Position numbers and translations under genes: made by a program. The notes under the pieces were generated by a model. That model was not told the DNA's origin. It saw nothing but the letters and a program-made list of their open reading frames with translations, and searched no databases. A stretch of DNA of 64,000 nucleotides from the NCBI GenBank assembly GCA_039621445.1, contig CP154954.1, forward strand, positions 32,403,455-32,467,454. Reading direction: 5' to 3'. Shown piece after piece: positions 48,335 to 60,245 of this stretch (positions within the stretch are counted from its first letter, which is position 1; every line of letters begins with the position of its first letter). Origin of the DNA: Euglena gracilis. Lineage: Eukaryota.

Positions 48335-51300
48335 CCTGATGAGTGTCTTATGAGAATTTTTTTTTGGAAATTGGAACTCTCCGACCTGTCTTCAGCGGCC
48401 TAGGAGGATCACTCCGAGCCGAAGTCCTGTGCGGGTGAGAGTAATGCACATACCAAGTTCTCAGGGTGGGAGGGGCGAGAGTCGAAGGTGAAATAGAAGG
48501 GCGGTGAGGGGCACAGTACGGAGGGGAGATAGCGAGTGTGAGAGGAAAGTGTACAGCGGCAGGGAAGGTTCAATAGAACGGCCACGGGGACTGTTGAGTG
48601 TTGAGGTTGTGGCAGCGACAAGTTTAGGTTTGGGTTTAGGGGAGTTGGCGCAGGGAAGGCTCTGTTTTCAGTGCGGTAAGGGTTTGGACGTGTTTTTAGT
48701 CTCGTGGTTGGTTATGCGTACGGTTGGTGTGTCATGGAGCCTTCGGCCCTGTGGTCAAATTGCTTACTCCGTCTCATATGGGCAATGGGTGGTGGGATCC
48801 ACCGTTCCAGATGGCTCCACCACTGTTCCTCAAGCCAATTGACAGCCACTTCTCTTGTCAATGTGGGACACAGGTTGCCGATGGTTGGGTACCGTTGTTT
48901 ACTTTTTTGACAAGTTATGAATGGTTTAAGGACAATTGTTTGTTCTGGGTCTAGGGGTCGTAGTGGTCTTCTTTACAGACAATACGGCTGGTGTATGGTG
49001 TTGGTTACGTCTGGATCTGTGTCGTTGCCTGCATACCGTCCCCAGATTACTTGTCGCGCGATCTCTCGCGCAACAGTGATTGATAGAAGTTGCCATGTGT
49101 CGGCCTCAGTTTTGCGTTTTGACCATGCATCTTGTTGACCGAGGAGAAGCTTCATCAGTGTTGACATTAAGGATAGCGCTTCTTGGCCTAAGCCGCCATA
49201 GCAGTCAACAACAAATGGAATGCAGGTCCATCCCATCCTCCCACAGGTGGCGTCATATTTTGAATGTTTTTCCTTCTCTTGGCGTTCATACCATTCAGTT
49301 AGATCAGCTGCGTCACGCAACGGTCTGTACGGTGCTGCTGTGTGTCTCACTGTGATATCCACTGCTCCAGGACCATTGGCGTCAAGTCTGCTGATGAGGA
49401 CATCGCCCGGGCGTGTTCTCTCTAGACCTCCTTGTTCTTTTTTTGCTGTAAACCCAGCATCATGTGCCAGTTGGAACACAAAGTCCTGGATTGCACCATG
49501 TCGCCGCGTGATGCCATTTGAGCTGCAGCATACAAGGTGATTACCCAGGTTGTCCATTGGCTTGGTGCAGCGTGGGCACGTTGATCCCGTTGGTGGGCAA
49601 ACTGGTGCTCCCAGTGACCACTTTAGAAATCCTTTGAATTCGGCAGAAGCAACCAATGTTTTCAGTCCAGAGGATGGTGTGACAGAAGCCCAGGCCATTG
49701 CGTGGGGCCGCTGTTGGCTTGCGAACCGGACGGCGTCTTGACCGTGAAGGTTGGAGGATAATACCTTTTGTCGTTGTTTCGCAAAGCATTCACCCCACCA
49801 CTTCTGTTGAATGTGAGGGCTTTGGGCTTCGTTCAAGAGTGATACATCCGCGGCCCATGTGTGCGTTGGGGGAGTTCCTTCGAGGATGGATTTGGCAGAG
49901 GACAGGCACTCCGCAGTGTCTTTCGGTACTCCTCGGTCTGCCAGGCCCAGGGTGCGTCTGCCATTGCTGACAAACGTCACAATGCCGGATATCCGTGCTG
50001 GGAGACGTTCCCGTGATGGGTCCCGAATTCCGAGTCCGCCATGACGCACAGGTAGGGTGGCCTGAGCCCATTGGTTGTCATCGATGAGGGATCCAACAAT
50101 GTTGCTCATTGTGTTCCTGATTTCTTTGGTCAACAGAGCACATGCGTCATTTGCCTGCCCCAGTTCTGTTGCACGCAGGAGGTCATTAACTTTGCATGCA
50201 TCTAGGCAGGTTCGTAAGAGGCAGAACTGAATATGGGCCTGCGGCAGGTTCAAAAGGGCCCGGCAAGCTTTTGCACACTTGTTGCACGTTCAGCCCACAC
50301 TTCCCCCGCAAAGCCTCCACTTTGTGGATAGCATACCGGGATCCCAGGGCCCGTATACCAGAATCGGGGGAGTAGTTCACGATTGGGACTGCACGAAGTG
50401 GGCTGTTTTGCGGCATTTCAGCACGATTGGCTTCTGTTGCTGCAGGGCCCCACAGGCGGCATTTTTTTTTTTTGTTGTGTATGCCTAGTAGCGTCCCCTG
50501 TCGTTGAATTTCTGTAATTGCTGCATGTAATTGTGGGAGGGTTCCCAGGATGTGTCCATCATCCAAATACCACAATTGGAGTGGCACCACGTCTTGCAAG
50601 GACTCAACGAGAGATTGCAGCGCCAAGGCGAATCCGGCTGGGCCACAAGGGTCCCCTTGTTGTACGCCAGAGGCACTCCGAAGGTGTGATGACCCACAAA
50701 AGAGCGGGCTGTGTTCGACGTAGCAACTCTCGAACCAAACGTACGCCTCCGGGCAGCGTTTAGCCACTTCAGCAAGGACTGTCTTTCTTTTCACGCAATT
50801 AAAAGCATTGCTGAAATCTACCTGTAACAAAGCCTAGGTGCTGTCCTGTTGCATGTGCAGGTGATTTACTTCTTGCTGCAGTCCCATAGCAATGAGTTCA
50901 CATGCCCCCTGGACCCCTACACCGCATTGTAGTGGCTGCAGTTCTTTAAGGCGGTCCCTGATTTTGGGGTGCCTCATCAAATATTTGCCCACCAATCGGC
51001 GCAGGCATTCCCCAGCTGCAATTGGTCGCGTGCCATCCTTCTTTGGGTCAGGAATGGGGTTGGCATTGCCAAGCTCATCAAGGTTTTCGCTTGGATTGCA
51101 GGGTTTTCGAAGAGGAGTCAAACGGGCACCAGCGAAAATCCATGCCACTGAGTTGTCAATTCCGTTTGTCAAACATGTTCGGATGAATTGGTCCAAAATT
51201 GTGAGGAGTTGTTCAGATTGTGTCCCCAGGGGATCAGAGAGCATGTCTTTGAGATGATCTGGACGAAGTCCAAACGGTCCCGGTGAGGACTCCTTCGGGA

Positions 51301-52274
51301 ATGACATGACTGCTTTCCGTATTTCAATTAGGCGCTCCCTGGTTGCATCTTCACTGAGATCGAATTCGAGGCGAGGGAAGTCCGGAGGCAGATTTTGCCT
51401 TCCAGGTTGGGGTTCAGGAGGGTGCAAGGCAGCCAACCGTTCCAAGATTAGCGGGTCATCTGCATCTTGGATTCCATCAGAAGTCAGCATGCGGCAGGCT
51501 TTACTGACCGCCCCATGGCTGACAAGGCTTTGAACACGGTTGCACAATCTTTCTTGGCTTTCTGCATCGAAATTTTTTGTCTGACTTCGTGTTCTCTTCT
51601 TTGGGTTTTGTGCATCGCGAATTTGGCGAGTCTCATCCCACGAATCTTCTGTGGACCGGTTGAGGTAGGCATTGGCTCTCTCAGTAATTTTCCGTCCAAC
51701 TGCAGCCCAATGGCTTTTCCCGCTGCGCTTCAATGGAGCAAGCACAGCTTTTGGGAAGCACCAAAGTGCGTGTAGGGTCTCCCATCCTGGCTTGGACACA
51801 AAGCGACTGAGGGTGCTGCAAAAGGCGAGCCCAACGTTTCGCAACGCTCACCGTGGGATATGGACCAACGTGCCTCGACTGTCTTGGGAAATTTCTTCCC
51901 AAGATGGCTGCAGTGGTGGGCAAGGTTGCGAAAAGGGAGTGACTTGCACCGTATCAGCGTTCGTCGAGGATTGCGCTGGTGCTGGGGCCACGGGGGGCTG
52001 CGGCCTTCGACCATTTAGGCACTCTTGCTCTTGCCCTTGTGGTGAGGACGGCACAAAATTCTTCATCATTCCCCTGGCCCTGCGGCGCACACCCGGGGCC
52101 CCCGTTCAAACTGGGAAACGGCATTATAGCCTGGGACAAAGTAGGCGAGAACAGCGGCGTCGAGTGCATTGGAAACCAAGATCCAAGGAGTGGTCGCTCC
52201 GTCGGCGGCACAGCAGAGGTCTGTGCGGCTGAGGCCATTTCAACGTCCTCCTGCTGGGGAGGGCGGGTTTTTGT

Positions 52275-52335
52275 GGGACCTGGGTTGCTTTCAATGTCGC
52301 CACAACTGGCAAGGCTTTTACCCCTGCCACACCAG
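52275..52335 (-). other. 2A peptide CGRGKSLASCGDIESNPGP
   Basis: Canonical motif; same peptide in copy 1 at 44946-45005. Confidence 0.9.
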
Positions 52336-53609
52336 GGGGGACTGTACCCATACCGCGTTTTTTCCTGGTCAATCAGTTGCCGTACATGGTTGGCGTGCCC
52401 TGGGGCCACAGTTGACAACTTAGAAGGCCCTGGGGCCAGAGGGCAAGTCGGTCGTCGGCAATGGGGCCGGGTGCTAGGTCGCAGGGATAGGGGTCCTTCA
52501 CGTGGGGTTATCCGGTGAATAGGTCCCGGCTCGAGCTGAACGTCACCACAAAGTGTGACATCTTGGTGTGTGGGCCTTTCGGCTATGACAGCGTCGTTAG
52601 GGCTTATGTCACCGTGTTGGTCACCTCGTTGGTAGTTTGGTTGTCTTTGTGCTGTCCGTCGTGCCCTCCGGACATGACGGTCAACAGAAACTACTGATCT
52701 TGTCGGACGTAAGAAGGCCATGATGTCCAGGATATCAACGGTGTGCACATTCAATGGGGAGAGGTCGGACGAGGAGGGCTCCGTTGGGGGTACTCTGGGG
52801 AAAGTGCCTCTCGGCCGGAGAACGTTGGTAGTGTCATTAGGTGAATAGGGGGCAGGTAGAGGTGAAAGGCCTCGCCGATGTTGCATACTTCGGACCATAA
52901 ACAAGTCAGCAACCACATAATGGCATGCACACTCGATGGGGAGTCGTGACGTGGTGGTCGATGTGGCCATAGCCCTATGAGCACAAACAGAACTCCTCCC
53001 AAAACTTCCCAACATTCGGTGAGCTCATAGACGGTAGTGTCCTCAACCAGGACATCGGTAGGGAAGGCGTCTCGGAAAGTTTGAAGTTCTGCATCCACCT
53101 CTTGAAGGCTCGCAAGCAATCTGTGCCGAACGAAGTTTTCTTGAAGTCCCCTGGAGACAGGGATTGTCGGTCTTTCCATGGTGGCCAGACGGAAGTAGAT
53201 GGGTCCTGGTTGTGTTTGGACGTCACCATGGGTGGTGATTCGTTCCCCCCTTCCAGTCGGCTGGTGTCCTGCTGAAAACTTTTCCCGGGTTTGTTCTGCC
53301 GTGTATCCTCGGCTTGTTACAGAGTGTACTTTTGCTGTCTCAGTAGATGGAAATACTGTGGCTGAAAAAAACAGGGCAGGTTTCCCTGTGGTGCAAGCAC
53401 CAACCTGCCGAGGCAGTGATGGTTTCAATGTCACACAAAGTGCATTTCAGCCAGTATGTAGCTTTGGGAAGAAGTGATTGGGAGGAGCCATCGGGGCCTT
53501 TCCGCAACGGTAGTTCGGCCTTGATCCGAAAGAAATCAGTCATGTTCATGGCAACAAGTTGGTCCAATAGATCCATGACTTCACCACAGGGGCCATTAAC
53601 TGCCGTCAG

Positions 53610-53675
53610 CGGGCCTGGATTGGTTTCCACATCACCCATTGTTGTCAGGGAATCACCTCGCCCCGTCTTCAGATA
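53610..53675 (-). other. 2A peptide LKTGRGDSLTTMGDVETNPGP
   Basis: Canonical motif; deleted down to ...HPGP in copy 1 (~46291). Confidence 0.88.
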
Positions 53676-55699
53676 CGCGTCTTCCGGCTTCTTCCCCCCG
53701 TGTGGGCTTGCAGAGCGGGGGTGTATGTTGCCGACTGTTTCTGCCATGCGGATTTTTTTTGTGCCAGCACAAGAGTAATAGTCCGACAGGGAGTCATTTG
53801 AGTCATCAAGATCGCTGGCGGTCCATACAGACGGGGAAAGACGATCAGCCAATCCAACCTCACACGCAAACTGTAACGGTCTGGGCATGTCTTCCATCTG
53901 CCAAATTCTTGGGCAGTATCGCCAGGCAATGGGCAGGGTTGGTTCTCGGGAGGGTGTCAGCCTCTTCTTTGTCCTCGGGGGGCAGACTGCTTCTGCTGCA
54001 GGCACTTTTTGTTTGATTTTTTGTGCGATAGCTCGGCGTACTTTATCTATGTGCGACATGTCCACTCCCTCCTCACGTTGTTCCTCTGGTCGGTATTGAT
54101 GAAGAATCTGGGCGATTCTGATCCGTTCCAGGATAAGTACTTTTTTGGTGGGGGGGGCGATTGCACAACGTTTGGCGCTGCCAGTGGCAACGTGAGTTTC
54201 ATGTCTGTGTGCACCATTTTTTGTGACTGCCGAATGTCCACTGTTCTGCCGATGTCGACCCACTTTTCCTGAATGTTGGCCAGTTTTCTGGCGACCATCT
54301 CGTGAAATAAAATGCCTCCTGCTTGCTGTCTCATGCGCCTTCTCCAAAAAAAATTCTTCGCTGAGGGACCGAAACTCTGGTTTTTCCCAAACTGGGACCC
54401 CTTCCAGGGGGGTGTTGGGTGGGGAGGCTGGTAAATCTTTTGCCTGGGGGGGGTCTTGCCATGGAAAGGGGCTGGGTTCCTCCTGCAGGATCACTGTGCC
54501 CAGTTTGGCCCACTGTGTGCCATCAAACGTGGTGGGTTTTGTTGGAATTTTAAAAATGCGAAACGGTGGGCCTGGCCCCCCCCCTCTTGCAGGGGGGGCT
54601 GATATTGGGGGGGGTGCTGAGATTTTTTGGAGTTGCATTGGGCTGGGGTTGATGATCCTCCTCTTTTGGGTTGGGGGGGTTGTTTTGCCAACTCATTTTG
54701 ATTTGGAGTTGCCTTGGGATGAAATTCTTGATCCATTTGTTTTACTGGGTGAACATATTGTGTTGAGTTGTCCCCTCTTTGGGGGGGATTTTGTGAGACA
54801 AAAGGGAAAGCTGCAGGCAGAAAAGCAAAGGCTGATGGTGATGCCAGTACCACATCTGGGATTAAGGGTGCTGGCAGGCCAGGGTTGTGTAATGGTGTTG
54901 GGAGGGGGGGGACTTGAGTACTCTGGCCTGTGCTGAGAAAGGCTCTGAGGCTTCTGAAGAGTTCAGCCTCTCTCCTTCTCTGCTCTTCTTCTCTGGTCCA
55001 ATTCTTCCTCTGGTCATCTTCTCTGCTCCAGTTTGATTGCAGTGGTTGCTGAGATTGCTGGGGTTCACCCCAAAGGTTGGTCTGTGATGGAATGTACATT
55101 TGTATGATTGATGTGACAGATGGACATACTTGACTTCTACCCACTGGTGGGCATTGGAATGGGCTGTTCATTGGAATGCCCACTGATGGGCCTGACTGTT
55201 GAATGCCCAATGCTGGGCTTGCTGTACAGGGGGGCCCCAGACTCACTTGCTGATGGAGCTGGGGCTGAGGAGAACTCTGTTGAGATATATGATAACTGGG
55301 TCGACCTCTCTGCCATGGGGGCTTGTAATCTCTTCCAAACCTTCTCTGTAGGTACTCTTCATGCTCTTCCCTCTCTTGCCACGTCCTCTTCCTTCTATGT
55401 GAGCTGCTGTCTTGACTTTCTCTGTCACTATGTACAGGGCGGTCAGCAGTGAGTCGTTGTGCCACAGCAGTGGTTAGCACAGGCACCAACAGCGGTAACA
55501 ACATCTTGGCCAGCAGCTCCAACTGTCCAGTGTCCACTGCAGAAGTAGGTGTACTTGAAGGGTTGGTTGTGGTAGCAGCTTGATTGACAAGGGGTGTATT
55601 GTCTTGAGTCTTGGGGTCTTCTGGAGGGCCATCCGGCCCCTTTGCAGCCATGGTGGTTATGCAGACGAAAAAACTTCTTTTTTTATTTATTTATGCAGA

Positions 55700-55721
55700 C
55701 GAAAAAAAATAGACACTCAGA
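55700..55721 (-). other. Spliced-leader exon copy (5'-shortened) TCTGAGTGTCTATTTTTTTTCG
   Basis: Identical to the last 22 nt of the SL copy at 48310-48334. Confidence 0.9.
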
Positions 55722-55769
55722 TCCATATCGTTTTCTTGTCTGGCGGTTTTCTCTTGCGGCTTTTGGAAA

Positions 55770-57150
55770 CGGTGGTGGGGCGAACCGAATCCACCGACCA
55801 GTGGCACAGCCTACTGGATTTGAGTGTTCGAGGGTGCGAGGCTATATACAACGAAGGAGCGTGGGTCGAGCGGTGAGAGCAAGGGCAAAGCCCAAGCAGA
55901 GAGTGATGGTGGGTGGAGAGGAGTGAAGTGTGCATGCGCGGTGGTGTTCTCCGGCTTTGTGGCTCCGGAAAGCTGGTGCAACGAGGAGCATTTTCACCTT
56001 ATGAGTTCAGGATCATACGATCTGTGGCTCTTTCGGCCAACCGCAGCTGCCGTGCAACTGCACGGGCCAGGGTGATGGCCAGGTTTTCGGTCAATTCCTG
56101 AAGTTTTCGTTGTTTGGCTGTTCCAGAATATGAATTGGTCGCGAGGCGTAAGACATCGCGTAGCAGTTTGGAGGCTGCCGGTCCTGTGCAACCCCAGGGG
56201 TTAAATGCAGCCCCGATGTACTCCCACTGGTGGCGGGCGCACCGTTCTTCAGCTTGTGTTCTCTTGTGCATTTCAGCGTCTGGTAAAGTGCGCTGAACTC
56301 GGGTCAAGTTCAGAGGCCACCGTGATGGGGCCAGCGGGGGTTCAATGGTGACATCCACAGCGAGATGCTTCCCTTTGTTCCACCCCAGGAGAAGGAGATC
56401 AGCGTCACGGGTGCCACCCTCGCATCCCTGTTCTTTGCGAAGAGTGATGCCGGAGCGCTGGCACAGGTCAAAATGGCGTCACGAACACAGTTGTGCCTTT
56501 CTGTTATGCCATTCCTTCTGCAAGCCAGGAGGTGATCGCCAAATGGATCGACTGCCTCAGCACACAGGGGGCACAGGAGCATGTCCGTTGTTGGGATCAG
56601 GGGTAAGCCAGTCCAGAAGCGTAGAAGCAGTCTGTATTCGTCCGGAGCCAGGACGGTATTCACCGACCTGGATGGTAAGACGGTCATCCAATTTTGAAGG
56701 AAGGCAGAGGATTGGCAACGAAGCCTGGCAATGTCCCGAAGAGGTGCACCCTCCTCCAAAGTTGCCACGCGCACGGCGTGGAAACGTTCGGCCCACCACG
56801 ATTGAGTGGAGTGATCTGGGGTGGAACAGGCCAAGGAAGAAGGGTTGGCGATCCAGGAAGCCAATGGTTCGCTGTGTGCGGCCCAAGTGTCACGAGCCAG
56901 TTTGGCGACGGGGATGGTATCTGGTAGCGGGAGCAAGCGCCAGGGCGGAGGGATATTGAAGCCTGGCGCTCGTTGGGAAAAACCCACGCAAGCAGCCAAA
57001 CGGGCAGCTGGTCTTTCCAACTGGGGTCTGTGATGCCCCACCCTGTCTTATTGCACGGCAAGGTGATTTGTTTCCAATGCAAGGCAGACAGGGGTGCCCC
57101 CACAATGTCACAGGCAGCACTCCGGATGGAGTCGGAGATCACTTGCACAC
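55770..57150 (-). mobile_element. 5'-truncated CRE-like retrotransposon, family D
   Basis: WKQITLP...GWGI, CPLCAEAVDPFGDHLLAC, RHNCVRD, RLE ...DVTIEP...GAAFNPWG; 3' motif at 55770-55824. Confidence 0.9.
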
Positions 57151-57671
57151 TGTGAGTCCCGGAGTCCCGCAGAAAGAGCGCGTTATGCTTTTGAATTCCG
57201 TTCGCGGAAGCAAACGTGCGGAGAGAAGGGAACGTGGGAAGAGAAAAAAAGGGGGAGAGAAGCCAGAGCGCCTCACGGAATGCGCCCAAAAGAGTACTTC
57301 AGGCATTGATTCCTTTGCAGGGTGCTCACTATTCTGATTTCTTTCCATCTCTTCCTTCTCTCATGTTTTCCAGCGCGCTTTGTGGCCCAAAACTGCCCGG
57401 TTTGGGGTGTGGTTGGGTTGATTTTTCCATAATATCTCGACAATGAAGCAAAATAAGCCCTTGGAATGCCCTATCCAACCACGACTTATTTTCCCCTAAC
57501 TCTTTGTGTCACCATCCGAGTTACCATCCGGGTGAAATTTTGCTCCTTTTGTGAGGCTTTCTTCCTCTCACAGTAACTACCTCCAAACATGGTGAAAATT
57601 TGAGGGCTTTATCCAGAAAGCTTTAAACCTAATGTCTTCGATTTCCTAAACCCCTTGGTTTAAAACCCCAA

Positions 57672-57690
57672 GTGATTCCTTCTCTTTTAG
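57672..57690 (+). promoter_or_regulatory. Putative trans-splice acceptor (pyrimidine tract + AG) of the prohibitin gene
   Basis: GTGATTCCTTCTCTTTTAG ends 19 nt before ATG 57710. Confidence 0.6.
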
Positions 57691-57709
57691 TTCTCCACCC
57701 ATCCGCACA

Positions 57710-57904
57710 ATGGACCCTCAGAAGAAGTTGAAAGATTTGCAGAAGTGGGCCACCGAGTCCTTCTCCAAGAAGCCTCCTGCCGGAGGTGGTGCCATTGCGA
57801 AGGCTGTAGCAGGAATTGGCGTTGCAGCTTGCCTTGCAAATTCCTTCTTCTTCGTGGAAGGAGGACACAAGGCAATCGTCTTCAATGCCTTCTCTGGCCT
57901 TGGG
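57710..57904 (+). CDS. PHB2: Prohibitin (PHB2-like), first coding exon
   Basis: N-terminal extension and hydrophobic segment, then NSFFFVEGGHKAIVFNAFSG matching prohibitin SxFxVEGGHRAIxFNR; GTATGC donor at 57905. No further exon recognised. Confidence 0.85.
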
Positions 57905-60245
57905 GTATGCCAAAGGTTAAGAATGTTTGTTTACTTTGATGAAGATAAAGTTACTTGTAATTGTGAGACCCTCACCCCCCCGCAAAGTGGACAAAGTTTT
58001 CTGTCAAATTTTGGTTCACCTCCCTGAAGGCCAAAATTTCACCCCCCAAAGTGTCCGGCCCCCTGGAGTGGCCGTTTCGGGTTCCGACGGTTTGGAGGTA
58101 TGCCTTTGGGGGGGGGGCGAGGGGTGTCCGGGCATTTTCTTTGGGCAAAAACAGACGTTCTCCACCCCCACAAAAAATTTTTGTAGGCGCCCTACCCCCC
58201 CCCCAATAAAGCCCCCCCCTCGGTTTTCGACCAACGTTCCGAATAGTGCCCCCCCCCCCGAATGGAATCCTCTCCCATGGATTGTGTGTCATTTGGGACG
58301 GCGAGGTAGGGGTTGAAGGCTGAATAGATTGCCTGAATGCTAGGAACTGGGGGGGGGGGGCAGGATTGACGGTTTTTTTTTAAAAAAACAACAAAAAAAA
58401 ACTTTTTTTTAAAAAAGCGCCAAAAAAAACATGTTTTTTTGAAAAGCAAAAATTTGACCTTTTTCCTTGCGAAACCGCCATTTTTGAGGAAAATTTTTCG
58501 GGAGTGGTTCGGGTCACCGGGGGGGGGGGTCACGGGGAAACACCACATTTTCGGTGGCTAAAAATAGGAATCACCGAAAATGATTTTTCGGGGAGAAATC
58601 CTTTTTAGGCTCCAAATTAGGAATCCCCCAACTTAAAGTTGGTATTTTGACACCAAATTAGGCATCGGAGACAAGGCACAGGGGGGGGAGGGGGGGTCCG
58701 AGGGGGGGGTTGGAAGCTGTACAGGGGGGGGAGGGGGGGGTCCCCAGAAAATCACAACTGTACTGCCTACCCCCGAGACAGTTGCGACATTTTTCGTCCA
58801 ATTGAGGTTGGCAATGGTGGATTTTGCGAAATTCAGATGCATTTTGCAAAATATTTGTGTTTTGTAAAAAGAGTGGTAGCCAGTATTTTCACTTTAACAC
58901 TTAGCAGAAAGGCAGGAAGCAGCTTCAATCACTCCCCCTTGGCACACCATGCGGAATTGAGCCAGGGTTGATGTTTTTTTTTGTTCTTCAACAAAGAACA
59001 AAAAATATGTTTTTTTTCCGAAAAAACCACACAAAAACATGTTTTCTTTTTTAGAAAAGCAAAAATTGACCTTTTTCCTTGCAAAATGGCCATTTTTTGA
59101 GGAAAAGGTTTTAAGGTCATTTTTTTGGTCATCAAAAGTGACATATTTTTAGTTTTTCCAGACCCTTCATCCGGCACCTTTAATGGACTACGAGGCTGTA
59201 GAGGTGAAAAAAGACTTTTTTTAAAAAAAAAAGTTTCAAAAAAATTCCCCCAAACCCCCATGAGGTTTTTTTTGTTTTTTTAAAAAAAAACATATTTTTT
59301 CTTAGGGGGTACTCCCCCGTGCCGCCCCCCCAGTTACACCTGTATGACCCCCCCCGTGACCCGAGAATCGATCTTTTGCCATTCTTTTTTAAAAGCATTT
59401 TTTTTAAAAAAAACAAGGAACTTTCTTGTATCCTTGTCCGCCCAATGCACTTTCACACCCAAAAGTGGCCAAAAATCTTTTCCCCTGAAAGAAGTGCCCA
59501 AAACTGGTGCATTTCCCCACCCAAAACGGAATTTTGACCCCCCCCTTAATTGAGCATTTGGGTCCGGGAAAATTTTTTTTCATGCGCCGAAGGCGCCGAA
59601 ATTTTTTTTGCCCTATTTCTAAAGGAATTTTGACCCCCCCTTATTTGACCCCCCCCTTATTTGACCCCGCGACCCCCCCTTCGTGACCCCCCCATGACCC
59701 CCCCCCGCGACCCGCACCACCCCTTTAAAAAAGTATGTTTTTTTGTTTAAAAAAAAACAAGCCGTTTTAAAATATTTTCATCTGTCTCGGGGGGGTTGGA
59801 AGTGGGGGGGGGAGGGGGGGGGTCCCGGGAGGGGGGGTTGGAACTGTACAGGGGGGGGGAGGGGGGGTCCCAAGGTTTGACCAACTGTACTGCCTTGTCC
59901 CCATCACCATTCCAAATTTTGCAAAGTTTATGCCTCAAAATTCTGAATCTACCTGAATATTTTGTCAAATTAGGCATCAACGGCCAAGTTATTTTTCAGA
60001 AAAAAAATTGGCCGAAAAGGGTCTTAGGCCGGGTCGGGGGGGGGGGGGTCACGGGGGGAATATCCCCTCTAAAGTTTTTTTCATGACATGATTTTTGGGG
60101 CCAGATTGCCTCAATGCCAGGGGCCCCGAGCGAGAAATTGGTGATGGACTTTTTGGTGGTCGGTAGCGACTACCATCACCCCCCCTGGAGGTTAGGACGG
60201 GGGGGGGGGGGGGTTGGGGGCTTCGCCCCTAAAGGAATTTCTATA

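Larger units (their letters stand above)
48973..55651 (-). pseudogene. ~2,200-aa 2A-segmented RT/RLE polyprotein (frameshifted)
   Basis: Consecutive overlapping ORFs 54491-55651, 53340-54638, 52751-53434, 51954-53015, 50834-51844, 50186-50830 and 48973-50253. Confidence 0.88.
48418..55721 (-). mobile_element. Full-length decayed CRE-like retrotransposon, family B copy 2, SL-headed
   Basis: SL 55700-55721; ATG 55651; four 2A-type motifs; RT and RLE as in copy 1; stop at 48973. Confidence 0.95.

Noticed and set aside
48336-48372. Hammerhead ribozyme core (CTGATGAG...GAAA)
   Set aside because: No convincing stem II or stem III pairing; better explained as an SL fold-back.
55770-55824. tRNA gene or HDV-like ribozyme call for the shared motif
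   Set aside because: No full cloverleaf or nested double pseudoknot could be built by eye; kept only as an unclassified motif.
57139-57446. Small host gene next to prohibitin
   Set aside because: Only short ORFs without recognisable homology or clear splice structure.
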